A DNA stretch of 64,000 bases from Candidatus Norongarragalinales archaeon (GCA_038884755.1 JAWABJ010000002.1:31157-95156), one strand, 5' to 3'. Positions 27,168-36,878 are shown, counted from the first letter of the stretch. The notes: generated by a model from the letters alone, not told the origin. Program-made: numbers and translations.

Positions 27168-29171
27168 ATGTTTTTGAAGAGGCTGGAATTGCAGAACATC
27201 CGAAGCTATTCGCGCGCGGAGGTCGCGTTCGGCGAGGGTGTGTTGCTTTTCGAGGGGGATGTGGGCTGCGGCAAGAGCAGCATTCTTTACGCGATAGAAT
27301 TCGCCTTGTTCGGGCTGGGTGATTTGAACGCGTCGTTTTTGCTTCGCAATTCGGCGCAGTCTGGCTTCGTTAGGCTTTGTTTTGAAGTGGGCGGGAGGGA
27401 GTACGAGGTTTTCCGCACTCTGGAAAAAAAGAAGACTTCTGTTCAGCAGGGCGAGTGTTTCATTATAGCGGACGGTAAGAAAACGCTTTATACCCCTTCG
27501 GAAATGAAGCCCGCCGTGTTGCAGATTCTAGGTTTTAAAGAGCCTTCCAATCCGCGTTCTCAGTCGATAATCTACCGTTACGCGGTATTCACTCCCCAGG
27601 AGGAGATGAAAAAGATTCTCGAGGAAAAGTCGGAAGAACGGCTGCAAACGCTTCGCAAGGCGTTTGGAGTTGAGGAATACCGGATTGCGAGGGACAATTC
27701 TGCAATAGTTTTGAAAGATTTGCGGGAGGAAGCGAGGTTTTTGGAAGGGCAGGCTGCCGATTTGCCCCAGCTTGAGGGAGAGCGCGTTTCGCTGGAGTCG
27801 CGCGTTGAACAGCTTGTTGTGGAAAGTGCAGGTGCTGCCGGGAAAGCTAAGGCGGCCGAGGAAGCGCTTGCGAATGCGAAAAAACAGTTTTTGGAAATAC
27901 AGTCGCAATTGTCTTCATTCAGGACGGTCAAGGCGGAATTGCCTTTGATTGAAAAAAGGTTGGAAGACCTGCGTTCGGCGTTGGGAGATGCATTGGAACA
28001 AACGGGTTTTCTTGAAAGCGAGGTTGCGGATTTTGAACAGCAGCTTTCGGAATTCAAGATAGTTGAAATCGATTACTCGAAAACGCAGGCGGAGTATAAG
28101 AAGGTGCGGGAGCAGAGCGCCGCGCTGGCGAACGAAATTGGCGCTTTGCAGGGAAAACAGAAGGATTACGCGTTGTTGAAGGAGAGGGGTGTTTGCCCCA
28201 CGTGCGGGCAGGCGATTTCGGGCGATTTCGAAAAGCACGCTTCGGAACTCGCGGCGCTAGTGGTAGAAAAGCAGGGTGTTTTGGAAAAATTGAAGGATGA
28301 AGAAGAGGATTTGGCCATGGTTTTGGAGAAAGCCGTGCAGCAGAATGCTTCGCTTCAGAGGAAAAAAGATTTGGAAAAGCGCGTGGAGAAAAACAGAGTT
28401 GACTTGCGTGCGCTTGCTCAAAAAACTTCTTTATTGCAGGAGGAGCTTCCCGTGTTGGAAAAAATGGTTGCGGAAAAGCGTTCTGCCCTCGCTTCCTTGG
28501 CGGGCGTAGAGGAGAACGCGCGTGCGTTGGAAAAAACCGTTTTGGCTGCCGAAGCGGAGTTCAAAACGGCTTTTTCGCAGAAAACGCGCTTGGAAACCCA
28601 GCTTGCCGAGGCGAAGCATAGGGCGGGGGAGATTGAAAAAAGGATTGTCGAAAAGCGGGTTTCTCTGGCGAAGCTTGCGGGGTTGAAGGAAAGGAAGGCA
28701 TGGCTGGAAGAGCATTTCATCCCTTCTCTTTCGGCGATCGAAACGCACGTTCTCGCTGGGCTCAACCGAGAGTTCGGGTTGTTGTTCAAGAAATGGTTTT
28801 CTTTGCTGGTCGAAAGCCAGGATTTGAACGTGGAAGCGGGAGAGCAGTTCGAGCCGCTGGTGGAAATAAACGGCTACGAGCATTCCTACCAAACGCTTTC
28901 TGGGGGCGAAAAAAGCGCGCTTGCGCTTGCTTACCGCCTTGCTTTGAATGCGTTGGTGAAGAGCGTGAGTGCGTCGATGCAGGAAAACCTTTTGATTCTC
29001 GACGAGCCTACGGATGGGTTTAGCAAAGAGCAGCTGGGGTGCATGCGTAGTGTTTTGAACGAGTTGAACTGCAAGCAGGTTTTGCTGGTTTCGCACGAGC
29101 GCGAGCTTGAGACGTTTGCGGACAAGGTGTTTCGCGTGGAAAAAAAAGATGGTGTGTCGGTCATTTTTTGA
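27168..29171 (+). CDS. rad50: Rad50 SMC-like ATPase
   Basis: NIRSY, GDVGCGKSS, coiled coil, CPTC zinc hook, LSGGE, LDEPT, VSH. Confidence 0.92.
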   Translation: MFLKRLELQNIRSYSRAEVAFGEGVLLFEGDVGCGKSSILYAIEFALFGLGDLNASFLLRNSAQSGFVRLCFEVGGREYEVFRTLEKKKTSVQQGECFIIADGKKTLYTPSEMKPAVLQILGFKEPSNPRSQSIIYRYAVFTPQEEMKKILEEKSEERLQTLRKAFGVEEYRIARDNSAIVLKDLREEARFLEGQAADLPQLEGERVSLESRVEQLVVESAGAAGKAKAAEEALANAKKQFLEIQSQLSSFRTVKAELPLIEKRLEDLRSALGDALEQTGFLESEVADFEQQLSEFKIVEIDYSKTQAEYKKVREQSAALANEIGALQGKQKDYALLKERGVCPTCGQAISGDFEKHASELAALVVEKQGVLEKLKDEEEDLAMVLEKAVQQNASLQRKKDLEKRVEKNRVDLRALAQKTSLLQEELPVLEKMVAEKRSALASLAGVEENARALEKTVLAAEAEFKTAFSQKTRLETQLAEAKHRAGEIEKRIVEKRVSLAKLAGLKERKAWLEEHFIPSLSAIETHVLAGLNREFGLLFKKWFSLLVESQDLNVEAGEQFEPLVEINGYEHSYQTLSGGEKSALALAYRLALNALVKSVSASMQENLLILDEPTDGFSKEQLGCMRSVLNELNCKQVLLVSHERELETFADKVFRVEKKDGVSVIF

Positions 29172-30810
29172 AGAACAAGACTCCTTTTTCCTTGCTTCCT
29201 TCTTTTTTCCTCGTTGAAGAGTAGAGCACGTACAACGCTATCGCTCCTGCGAACGTAAGGAGCACTATTTCTGCCTGTCCGGTTCCGCTTTGGAAAGAAG
29301 AGGCTATGAACGGGAGTATGAGCATGAAGACCGTGAGCGACACTACTCTCGAAAACCGTTCGACGCTTTTGGTTTGGGTTTTGGCCATCCACACTATGCT
29401 TTTTTGGATTCCGAAGGAAAATGCGAGTGCGGCGGCAAGCATTGCCAGTTGCGTGAGGGTAAACCCGACTATTTTCACGTCCGCAAGTGCTGGAGCGAAC
29501 CTGGCGACTGCGCCGAACACCAGCGCGATGATTCCTGCGGCCCAAAACCTCGAGTTTTGGCGTACTGCGCCGAAACTCGTTTTTCCGGCGGAGTCGATTG
29601 AAGAAATGGCTTCGGAAAATGCGAAAGATGCGTTGACCGCAGTGTTTCTCGCCGGCGTGGGAATGAGTTTTACGAACAGGTCGTTGAGGCGTTCGAACTT
29701 GTCGAGCCATAATGCGGTTGCAAGCGTTGAAAAGAAGACGGTAGCGGAAGTAAAGCCTATCAAGTCGAAGCCTACTGCCGCGTTGCCTTGCTTTGCTATC
29801 AGCAGGGAAAACTCTCCGACAGGCAGCATCGCGAGGCCGGAGAAGAACGATTGTCTTGAAGAGAAGCCGAACAAGTATGTCGAGGAATACGTTCCGGCGA
29901 ACTTGAACAGTAAGTTTGCCATGATGAGTATTGCTATCACGATGGCGTTTTGCTGGACTGAGGAAAAGTTGATAAGCATGCCTATGGAGAGAAAGAAAAT
30001 GCTTGAGAATGCGAGGACGAACGGGTGTATGCTTTTCTCGAGCAAACTGCCTTTCGGTAGAGAGGCTATCATGCTTCCTGCGAGAAAAGCGCCTATCGAC
30101 GGGGCGAGGCCTATCAATTGCGCAAAATAGCTGAATCCTACGCCTACCCCGAGCGCGAGGAGCGTTGTGGTTTCGGCGGCTTGGTATTTGATGAAGTAGT
30201 CCAAAACCCAGCCGAGTATTTTCATTACCACTACGTAAGCGGCTATGAGCGCCAGCACCGAAACGGTTATGGAGTAAGCGAGCGTGCGCGTGCTCACTCC
30301 CCCGTCTCCCAAGCCCGAAAACACCGCCAAAGCAAATACGGCGAACAGGTCTTCGATTATGAGCGTTGCTATGAGGATGGGCACTTCGCCGCGCGAAAGG
30401 TAGTTTTTCTGCTCTACTATCTTGATCATGAGCGCGGTGGAAGTGATGGCCAGGATGGCGCCGATGTACAGCGCGCCAACGTTGCTGAAGCCGAGGAGGG
30501 AAGCAAGTTGGAACGACAGAAAGAATATTATGGCGAGTTTTGCGACTGCAATGCCAAGCACGCGTATCCCCAGTTTTGCGAGTTTGGACATGCTGAATTC
30601 GACGCCGATGGCGAAAAGCAGCAGCGTCGCGCCGATTTCGGAAAACAATTCGACGGTTTCGCTTTGTGAAACCAGAGCGAGAAAGTTGGGTCCGACTATG
30701 GCGCCTATCAAAAGCAGCCCGAGCACGGGCGGTACGCGAAAGCGGTTTGCAATCACACCTGCAACCGTAGCGCACAAAACCAGTATTCCTACGTCGACCA
30801 AAACGGCCAT
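29161..30810 (-). CDS. CPA2-family cation:proton antiporter
   Basis: LLLFAIGVEFS, LIIEDL, IGAFLAG, IFFLSIG, GEFSLLIA. Confidence 0.9.
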   Translation of the reverse strand: MAVLVDVGILVLCATVAGVIANRFRVPPVLGLLLIGAIVGPNFLALVSQSETVELFSEIGATLLLFAIGVEFSMSKLAKLGIRVLGIAVAKLAIIFFLSFQLASLLGFSNVGALYIGAILAITSTALMIKIVEQKNYLSRGEVPILIATLIIEDLFAVFALAVFSGLGDGGVSTRTLAYSITVSVLALIAAYVVVMKILGWVLDYFIKYQAAETTTLLALGVGVGFSYFAQLIGLAPSIGAFLAGSMIASLPKGSLLEKSIHPFVLAFSSIFFLSIGMLINFSSVQQNAIVIAILIMANLLFKFAGTYSSTYLFGFSSRQSFFSGLAMLPVGEFSLLIAKQGNAAVGFDLIGFTSATVFFSTLATALWLDKFERLNDLFVKLIPTPARNTAVNASFAFSEAISSIDSAGKTSFGAVRQNSRFWAAGIIALVFGAVARFAPALADVKIVGFTLTQLAMLAAALAFSFGIQKSIVWMAKTQTKSVERFSRVVSLTVFMLILPFIASSFQSGTGQAEIVLLTFAGAIALYVLYSSTRKKEGSKEKGVLFFKK

Positions 30811-30860
30811 TGGAATTTTACTGCAATATTGTTTTTAACTGTGCTTTCGCTCAAAGTGTT

Positions 30861-31661
30861 ATGGCAGAAATAAAGAGGAGAGTCATCCAGAAGCTGTTCA
30901 CGCCAGCGAAAAACAGCCACAAGGGGCAGAACGGCGTTTTGTTCGTGATAGGCGGGAGTGAAAAGTACCACGGCGCCCCGCTTTTGGCAATCAAAGCCGC
31001 GTCGAGAATAGTCGATTTGGTTTACTTTCACTCTCCCGCGGTTTTGAACCACGCCGTTCTCGTTGCAATCAAGCGCAAGAGCGATTGTTTCATTGCGGTT
31101 CCGGGCGAAGAAGTTTTCGGTGCAGCCGAAAAGTGTGACTGCCTTCTCGTGGGCAACGGGTTGGAGTTGAATGGCGAAAACAAGGTTTTGGTCAACATGC
31201 TTTTGAAAATGTTTCCGCAAAAAAAGTTTGTTTTGGATGCTGGAGCTTTGCATTTGGTTGAGCGGAAGTTTTTGGGGCCCAACGTGCTGGTGACGCCTCA
31301 CCCGTTGGAGTTCAAGGCGCTGTTTGGGGCGGAGGCTTCGCCTTTGGAGGCGAAGCGGCAGGCGGCGAAGTACGGTTGCGTGGTTTTACTGAAGAAAATC
31401 TTTTGTTTTGTGACGGACGGGAAAACTCTTTTTCAAAACAAGAACGGAAACCAGGGTATGACCAAGGGAGGGACGGGTGACGTTCTGGCGGGGCTTGCGG
31501 CCGCGTTTGCCTGTAAAAACTCGTTGCTGCTTTCAGCGCAAGCGGCGGCGTTCTTAAACGGTTTTGCCGCCGATAGGCTGAAGAAAAGAAAGGGAATTTA
31601 TTATAATGCTGATGATTTGGTTGAGGAAATTCCTTTCGTGTTGAAGCAATTGAAAGGTTGA
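30861..31661 (+). CDS. nnrD: ADP-dependent NAD(P)H-hydrate dehydratase
   Basis: SHKGQNG, IGGSEKYHGAP, LDAGAL, VTPH..EF, GGTGDVLAG. Confidence 0.9.
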   Translation: MAEIKRRVIQKLFTPAKNSHKGQNGVLFVIGGSEKYHGAPLLAIKAASRIVDLVYFHSPAVLNHAVLVAIKRKSDCFIAVPGEEVFGAAEKCDCLLVGNGLELNGENKVLVNMLLKMFPQKKFVLDAGALHLVERKFLGPNVLVTPHPLEFKALFGAEASPLEAKRQAAKYGCVVLLKKIFCFVTDGKTLFQNKNGNQGMTKGGTGDVLAGLAAAFACKNSLLLSAQAAAFLNGFAADRLKKRKGIYYNADDLVEEIPFVLKQLKG

Positions 31662-31665
31662 CCGT

Positions 31666-31944
31666 ATGGCTGCAGAAGCGGTATTCGCACTTCCAAACTG
31701 GGTTTTCCTAACCGGAGGAATACTCCTGGTTTTGCTCGCGATAGCCGTGGTTTTCTTTCTCAAAAACTTTTTGGCGAACAGCCTTTTGGGCGTCGCGGCG
31801 CTATTGGTGATAAACTTTCTCGGAGCATCGTCCGGAATCAGCATTCCGCTAAACTTGCTTACTGTGGTAATATGCGGCGTGCTCGGTTTGGCTGGAGCTG
31901 GTCTGATTCTGCTTTTGTTTTTCTTTGGAATCAAGATTTACTAG
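31666..31944 (+). CDS. BofA-like small membrane protein
   Basis: NSLLG..LLVIN, IPLNLLTVVICGVLGLAG pattern. Confidence 0.7.
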   Translation: MAAEAVFALPNWVFLTGGILLVLLAIAVVFFLKNFLANSLLGVAALLVINFLGASSGISIPLNLLTVVICGVLGLAGAGLILLLFFFGIKIY

Positions 31945-32576
31945 CGCGCTTTGAATGCGGAGGGGCAAATGTCGTTCAAAACGCACTCGCCGCATTTGGG
32001 GTTTCGCGGGAGGCACGTTTTCTGCCCGTGCAATACGAGCAGGTTGTTGACGTCAATCCAATAGTTTTTCGGAATGTTCTTCATTAATTCGAACTCTGTT
32101 TTCTCTGGTGTTTTGGTTTTCACCCAGCCGAGGCGGTTGGAGATGCGGTGCACGTGCGTGTCGACTGGAATTGCGGGTTTGCGGAAGGCGTAAACCAAAA
32201 CGCATCCTGCGACCTTTCGCCCAACTCCGGGCAGCTGCATGAGTTCTTCCATCGTGTCGGGAACGCGCCCGCCGTAATCGTTCAAGAGCATTCGACTCAG
32301 GCGTTTGACGTAGCGGGCTTTGGTTTTGTAAAACCCTGCCGGTTTGATGAGTCGTTCTATGCTTTTCAAAGGCGCTTTCGCCAGCTTTTGTGCAGTGGAG
32401 TGTTTTGAGAAAAGCTGTGAAGATGCTTTGGCGGTGTTTGCGTCCTTCGTGCGCGCGCTCAGCACCGTTCCTACGAGACATTGGAAAGCGCTCATTTTCC
32501 TTCCGCTGAAAGCGGTTTCCTTCGCAAAAGCTTTTTGCAAGCGCTTCAAGACGGTTTTTACCGGTGCTTTTTTCAC
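31941..32576 (-). CDS. nth: Endonuclease III (HhH-GPD, 4Fe-4S); start probably GTG at 32576
   Basis: LSARTKD, LPGVGRKVA, VDTHVHRI, CLPRNPKCGECVLNDIC. Confidence 0.93.
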   Translation of the reverse strand: MKKAPVKTVLKRLQKAFAKETAFSGRKMSAFQCLVGTVLSARTKDANTAKASSQLFSKHSTAQKLAKAPLKSIERLIKPAGFYKTKARYVKRLSRMLLNDYGGRVPDTMEELMQLPGVGRKVAGCVLVYAFRKPAIPVDTHVHRISNRLGWVKTKTPEKTEFELMKNIPKNYWIDVNNLLVLHGQKTCLPRNPKCGECVLNDICPSAFKAR

Positions 32577-32650
32577 GAGTTTAAATTCGGTTTTAATGCT
32601 TTTATAGAATCGCAGGATGAAGCGTGTGGGGTTGGAGGCATATCCCAAAA

Positions 32651-32752
32651 ATGGGCAGTAGGTGGAAGTGTCCTTCATGCACGCAGCAGTACGACTATTG
32701 GAGTGAAGAGTGCTCGTCGTGCGGAGGCGTGGTGCTGGAACACCAGGATTGA
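32651..32752 (+). CDS. 33-aa zinc-finger microprotein (absent from ORF track)
   Basis: MGSRWKCPSCTQQYDYWSEECSSCGGVVLEHQD; GGAGG upstream. Confidence 0.65.
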   Translation: MGSRWKCPSCTQQYDYWSEECSSCGGVVLEHQD

Positions 32753-32818
32753 TTTAAGAAAAAGGAAAAAAGGAGGGCGTAGGAAGTTTCGTCATATGAT
32801 TTAGTTTTCACTCTTTCT

Positions 32819-33033
32819 TCACTTCACGAGTTTTACGAACTTCGCGCCTTTGGTTTCGCCTCTAGCCAGTCTTTCTATGGACTGTATTGGAGTGACGTAA
32901 AGCTCTCCGTTCAAGACTATGGTGGCCCCTCGTCTCGTTTTCGAGGCGTTGACCCAAATCTCGTCTTCCGGGTTTTTGCTCGCCGTCAGCCCCTTGCCTC
33001 CACCGTCCGAAGACAGTTTTTTTCTTTAGTCAT
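32819..33033 (-). CDS. ~71-aa hypothetical protein downstream of radA, frameshifted at an A7 run (absent from ORF track)
   Basis: GGTGA-N4-ATG; after the A7 run the -1 frame reads LSSDGGGKG..DEIWVNASKTRRGATIVLNGELYVTPIQSIERLARGETKGAKFVKLVK. Confidence 0.55.
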
Positions 33034-33081
33034 CTGTTCACCTTTTTGTTTTTTTTAGGGGTTCTGTTCGCAAAAAAAACT

Positions 33082-34146
33082 TCAGTCGCACAAGCCGCTT
33101 TCCGTGACGCGGAAAACGCATTCGGCGTCTGCGAGGTTGGGTGAGTCGACCATTCTCGCTATGCGCTTGTCTTCCTTGCTCCTGCGCAAGTAAATCCTGT
33201 ACGTGCTTATGTGCGCGAGAACGTGCCCGCCTATGGGCGTGGTCGGGTCTCCGAACATTATGCCAGGGTTGGCCATAACCTGGTTGGTGATGTAGACTGC
33301 AATGTTGTATTTTTCGGCCATGCGCAGCAGGTGGTGCAAGTGCTTGTTCAAAAGCTGCTGGCGGTTTGCGAGTGTTCCGCGTCCGACGTAATCCCCGCGG
33401 AAATGTCCGGTAACCGAATCAACCACGATGAGCTTCACGTTTTTTTCCTTGACGATTTCTTCCGCTTTCTCGGCCAAAAGCATTTGGTGGTCGCTGTTGT
33501 AAGCCCGTGCAACGAAAATGTTTTCCAAAACTTTTTCAGGATCCAAACCTTTCGCGACTGCCATTTGCTTTATTCTCTCGGGTCTGAACGTGCCTTCGCT
33601 GTCCAGGAAAATGACGCTTCCTTCCAACCCGCCTTTTTCCTTTGGCAGTTGGACGTTTACGCACAATTGGAATCCCAATTGCGATTTTCCGGAGCCGAAT
33701 TTGGCGTGGACTTCGGTGATTGCCTGCGTTTCTACGCCGCGCCCGCCGAGCAGTCCGTCCAGCTCTTTGCTTCCGGTTGTAATGCATTCGACTAACTCGC
33801 GTTTTCGCATGGCTTCAGTTCCGGTCTCGAAATCCATTTTCAGGGCTTTGCGGGCTGCGCCTATTGCTTTAATGGCAGTCGCATCGCCTATTCCTGCAGC
33901 CTCAATCAATTCCGCCGGCAAAGCATATGCTATCGTCTCAACTTCATCATAACCAGCTTCCTTGAGTTTCGCCGCAGTTGCGGCGCCTATTCCGGGCAAG
34001 TCTTTAATGTCTTTAACGTCGCTTTCGGCTGTTGCAGCAACCGCGTTTTTCCCGCGTTTTGCGGGTTTTACCCTTACTTCCTCGCCTGTCTTTTCCACTT
34101 CGAATTCCGCAGGAGCTTCCGTGACGGAAGCATTTTCGCTTTCCAT
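33082..34146 (-). CDS. radA: DNA repair and recombination protein RadA
   Basis: N-terminal Hh[42 protein letters not shown]. Confidence 0.97.
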   Translation of the reverse strand: MESENASVTEAPAEFEVEKTGEEVRVKPAKRGKNAVAATAESDVKDIKDLPGIGAATAAKLKEAGYDEVETIAYALPAELIEAAGIGDATAIKAIGAARKALKMDFETGTEAMRKRELVECITTGSKELDGLLGGRGVETQAITEVHAKFGSGKSQLGFQLCVNVQLPKEKGGLEGSVIFLDSEGTFRPERIKQMAVAKGLDPEKVLENIFVARAYNSDHQMLLAEKAEEIVKEKNVKLIVVDSVTGHFRGDYVGRGTLANRQQLLNKHLHHLLRMAEKYNIAVYITNQVMANPGIMFGDPTTPIGGHVLAHISTYRIYLRRSKEDKRIARMVDSPNLADAECVFRVTESGLCD

Positions 34147-34237
34147 TTGTACCACCCGTTCTATATCGTCGAAATATAGAGCATCAACGCTTTCGCTTCT
34201 ACAGTATTTAAACTTGAGCAGAGTGGCTTTCCAGTGC

Positions 34238-35224
34238 TCATGCTTTCATTTTCAAAGCTATGGCTAACGCTTGTCTTTTCTTTTCTTCGCTTACTTTCAC
34301 TAAAACCATTCCCTTGCCCGGCTGCCCGTAGCAAACCACGCTTTCCAGAGGGGCGAAAAGAACGGCGGGAAGCGTGAGCAAATCTTCCTCGCCGCGGACG
34401 TGCACCAGAATACGGTCGTGGTTTTTTGCTTCCACAGCCCTTTCCACCACCCGCGCGGCGTGCTTTCCGATGGTGCCGTGCTTGTTAGCAATGCGCAGGG
34501 TCTTGTGGAAGCGGCCGCTCGGCGTGAATGACGTTTTCTTCCTTCTTATCTTCCCGTCGACTACGACCACTGCCGCTTTTAACCCTTGGGTTTCGAAGAC
34601 TTTTGCCGTCTCGTCTCCCACGACTATTGTTTTGAAGGGGCTGAGCTTGCGCAATTCAGCAGACGCTTTTGCAGTCCGTACTAGTTTTCCGAACGGTTTT
34701 TTGAAAAAACGGTTTGTTTCCGGGGTCATGCGGAGGTTGCAGGTGAAAGACTTTTCGAACACGTGCCCCGCGCGGTCGATTTGCCCTTTGCGCATGCGGG
34801 TGGATGAAATGGGTTTGGCATCTTCGCTGTTGATGATTTTTACTATTGCAATGGGCAACGGTTTCAGCCGGTTTTTGCGCCTGCGTTTGTTTATTTCCCT
34901 AGCTCCTGCGAGCGTCTTGCGCGAAGTGACGATGCAATCGACCTTGCTTCCTTTTTCGACAGTAGGGCCGCTGACGTCGTTCAAAACAACTATTTTCGCC
35001 CTAGAAAGCCACCCGTGTTTTTTCAAAAACGCTTCAAGCTCTTTCTTGCGTTTGGCGTAAGGCTTCACGATTTCATGAAACTGTTTCGTCTTCCGCACCA
35101 TCGAGTCGCTAGTAAGGCCGATAAGCACTTTGTCTGCAACCGCAAACGCTTTTTTCAACAGCGCGTCATGCCCGTTGTGCAGCCTGTCGAATGTGCCTCC
35201 AGTGCAAGCGAAACGGAATTTCAC
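34238..35224 (-). CDS. coaD: Phosphopantetheine adenylyltransferase fused to DUF359 (GTP-dependent dephospho-CoA kinase)
   Basis: [11 protein letters not shown] and ISSTRMR, then [25 protein letters not shown]. Confidence 0.88.
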   Translation of the reverse strand: MKFRFACTGGTFDRLHNGHDALLKKAFAVADKVLIGLTSDSMVRKTKQFHEIVKPYAKRKKELEAFLKKHGWLSRAKIVVLNDVSGPTVEKGSKVDCIVTSRKTLAGAREINKRRRKNRLKPLPIAIVKIINSEDAKPISSTRMRKGQIDRAGHVFEKSFTCNLRMTPETNRFFKKPFGKLVRTAKASAELRKLSPFKTIVVGDETAKVFETQGLKAAVVVVDGKIRRKKTSFTPSGRFHKTLRIANKHGTIGKHAARVVERAVEAKNHDRILVHVRGEEDLLTLPAVLFAPLESVVCYGQPGKGMVLVKVSEEKKRQALAIALKMKA

Positions 35225-35235
35225 TTTTTTTTCCC

Positions 35236-35273
35236 TTTCTTTGATTAAACTTTCTTTGCGAAAGAAAGTTTAA
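35236..35273. repeat. Hairpin element in the tRNA-Arg 3' trailer
   Basis: TTAAACTTTCTTT-GCG-AAAGAAAGTTTAA; 35236-35257 is identical over 22 nt to 59503-59524. Confidence 0.8.
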
Positions 35274-35274
35274 G

Positions 35275-35537
35275 CGGGCCCGCCGGGATTTCCGTTGCCT
35301 TGCCCCTTTCTTTTAGAAAAAAGAACACATGCAGAACTTCGTTCTGCAGTGCCCTTCAGAAGCTTTTGCTTCTGAACGGGAGGTGTGGTGGCACCGCGCC
35401 AAAGAAAACGATTTTTCGTTTTGCGCGCCTCTCCGCCAGGAAGAGGTGTAGAGAGGAGAAACTTCGTTTCTCCTCCTTTCGGACCCGGATCTCAAGCTCC
35501 GCAAGCTCGCATTCTGTCCAGGTTATACTACGGGCCC
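35275..35537 (-). tRNA. tRNA-Arg(GCG) with a 189-nt intron at 59/60 (35289-35477)
   Basis: GGGCCCG/CGGGCCC acceptor, CGAGC-TTGCGGA-GCTTG anticodon arm, spliced T-arm CCGGG-TCCGAAT-CCCGG; central helix TCCG/CGGA with bulges AAA, AAT. Confidence 0.88.
35326..35380. repeat. Double-hairpin module, copy 1 (inside the tRNA-Arg intron)
   Basis: TGCAGAAC-ttc-GTTCTGCA then CCCTTCAGAAGC-tttt-GCTTCTGAACGGG; second copy at 59532-59587. Confidence 0.85.
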
Positions 35538-35806
35538 ACTTACGCATAATTTGCCTCGCAAAGTATAAAAGCACCCGCAAGCAGTATTCTTTTCTCTTCG
35601 CTCTGATGGTTTTAGAATGTTTAGCGGGTGGTTTTGCAAATGAAGGTTTGTTCGAACTGTGGAAGGCAAGTGCAGACTGCGACTGAATTCGACTGTCCCG
35701 GTTGCAGGAAAACGCGTGTAGTGCGTTGTGCGACCTGCAGGAAGGAAAAGAATTCCTACTCTTGCGCGGAATGCGGTTTTCAAGGCCCTTGAATGGCGGT
35801 GGCTTT

Positions 35807-36262
35807 ATGCGCAAAGTGCTCGTGTGCGGTGTCTTCGATTTGCTGCACTTGGGGCACTTGTGGTTTTTCAGGCAGGCTAGGCGTTTCGGAACGCATTTGA
35901 CCGTCCTAGTCGCAAGGGATTCGACCGTGCGAAAAGCAAAAAAACGCCTGCCTTTCTTTAAGGAAAAAGAGCGAATGGAATTGCTTTCTTCCTTGCGCAT
36001 AGTCGACCGAGTGGTTTTGGGCGACAAGAACAGCTTGTATTCCGGCGTAATAAGCGCGAAACCGGATGTTTTGGTTTTAGGCTATGACCAATTGAAAAGC
36101 GCGGGAAAGCTCTTGGGGCTTTCAAGCGTTTCTTCTGAAAAGGAAATCGAAAAGCGTTTTGCGGAAAAAGGACTGAAGCTGCGAGTCGTGCGTTTGAGTA
36201 AAAGCTGGATGCCCGAGCGGTTCAAAAGCAAGAACGTGAAGAAATACTTGAAAGTGAAATGA
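35807..36262 (+). CDS. ribL: Cytidylyltransferase-family protein, probable FAD synthase
   Basis: GVFDLLHLGH, VLVARD, KPDVLVLGYDQ. Confidence 0.8.
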   Translation: MRKVLVCGVFDLLHLGHLWFFRQARRFGTHLTVLVARDSTVRKAKKRLPFFKEKERMELLSSLRIVDRVVLGDKNSLYSGVISAKPDVLVLGYDQLKSAGKLLGLSSVSSEKEIEKRFAEKGLKLRVVRLSKSWMPERFKSKNVKKYLKVK

Positions 36263-36274
36263 GCGTGGTTTGCA

Positions 36275-36520
36275 ATGGGCAAGGTTATTTGCGTAATGAA
36301 GGTTTTTCCCGAGGAAGGGCAGGATTTGGAAGAATTGCTTTCGCGCGTGCAGGGCGTGGACGGCTGCAATACCGCAAAGATAATCGACTACGTTTTCGGC
36401 TCTAAAGTCATTCAAGCTTCTTTCATTACGGAAGACGGCAGCGGAAGGGATTTCGAGACGGAAGTTTCTTCGCTGCGGGGCGTGAGCAACGTGCAAGTCG
36501 AAGAAGTCGGGCTCATTTGA
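36275..36520 (+). CDS. ef1b: Translation elongation factor aEF-1 beta
   Basis: MGKVICVMKVFPE, YVFG, GVSNVQV. Confidence 0.8.
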   Translation: MGKVICVMKVFPEEGQDLEELLSRVQGVDGCNTAKIIDYVFGSKVIQASFITEDGSGRDFETEVSSLRGVSNVQVEEVGLI

Positions 36521-36878
36521 GCTTTCTTTTTTCGTTCCAGTCGGTTGCTATTTTTTTTAGTTTCAAGCTGGCTATCTCTTCCCTGAATTCAGTCCAGTGC
36601 CTGTTAGGCGTGTCGGGCTGTTCGAACGCATAGCCGCGAGGGTTTTGCAATTGCTTGGTTTTGATTCCCAGCGCTTCGGCCTGCGTTCTCGCACTGTCAA
36701 GCTCGGCATGAATTGCTTTATAATCGGCAAGACCTACCTCTTCCAACTTTGCTCCCCTTACTTCAACTCTAGCTATGGCTTGTACGGGCATTTGGAGAGG
36801 CTTGTATTTTATTCCAGGTTTTGGGTGTATAGTCACTTCCCCAAGCGGGAATACCTTGCGTGCGAGTTCTTTTGTCAT
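36513..36878 (-). CDS. Hypothetical protein
   Basis: 121-aa ATG ORF filling the gap; no recognisable motif. Confidence 0.6.
   Translation of the reverse strand: MTKELARKVFPLGEVTIHPKPGIKYKPLQMPVQAIARVEVRGAKLEEVGLADYKAIHAELDSARTQAEALGIKTKQLQNPRGYAFEQPDTPNRHWTEFREEIASLKLKKIATDWNEKRKLK

Noticed and set aside
28931..30775. 614-aa minus-strand ORF
   Set aside because: Alternative frame of the CPA2 antiporter gene; Arg-rich with no motifs
35300..36027. ORFs 35300-35686, 35313-35504 and 35356-36027 as intron-encoded proteins
   Set aside because: They cross tRNA exon boundaries and show no nuclease or other motif
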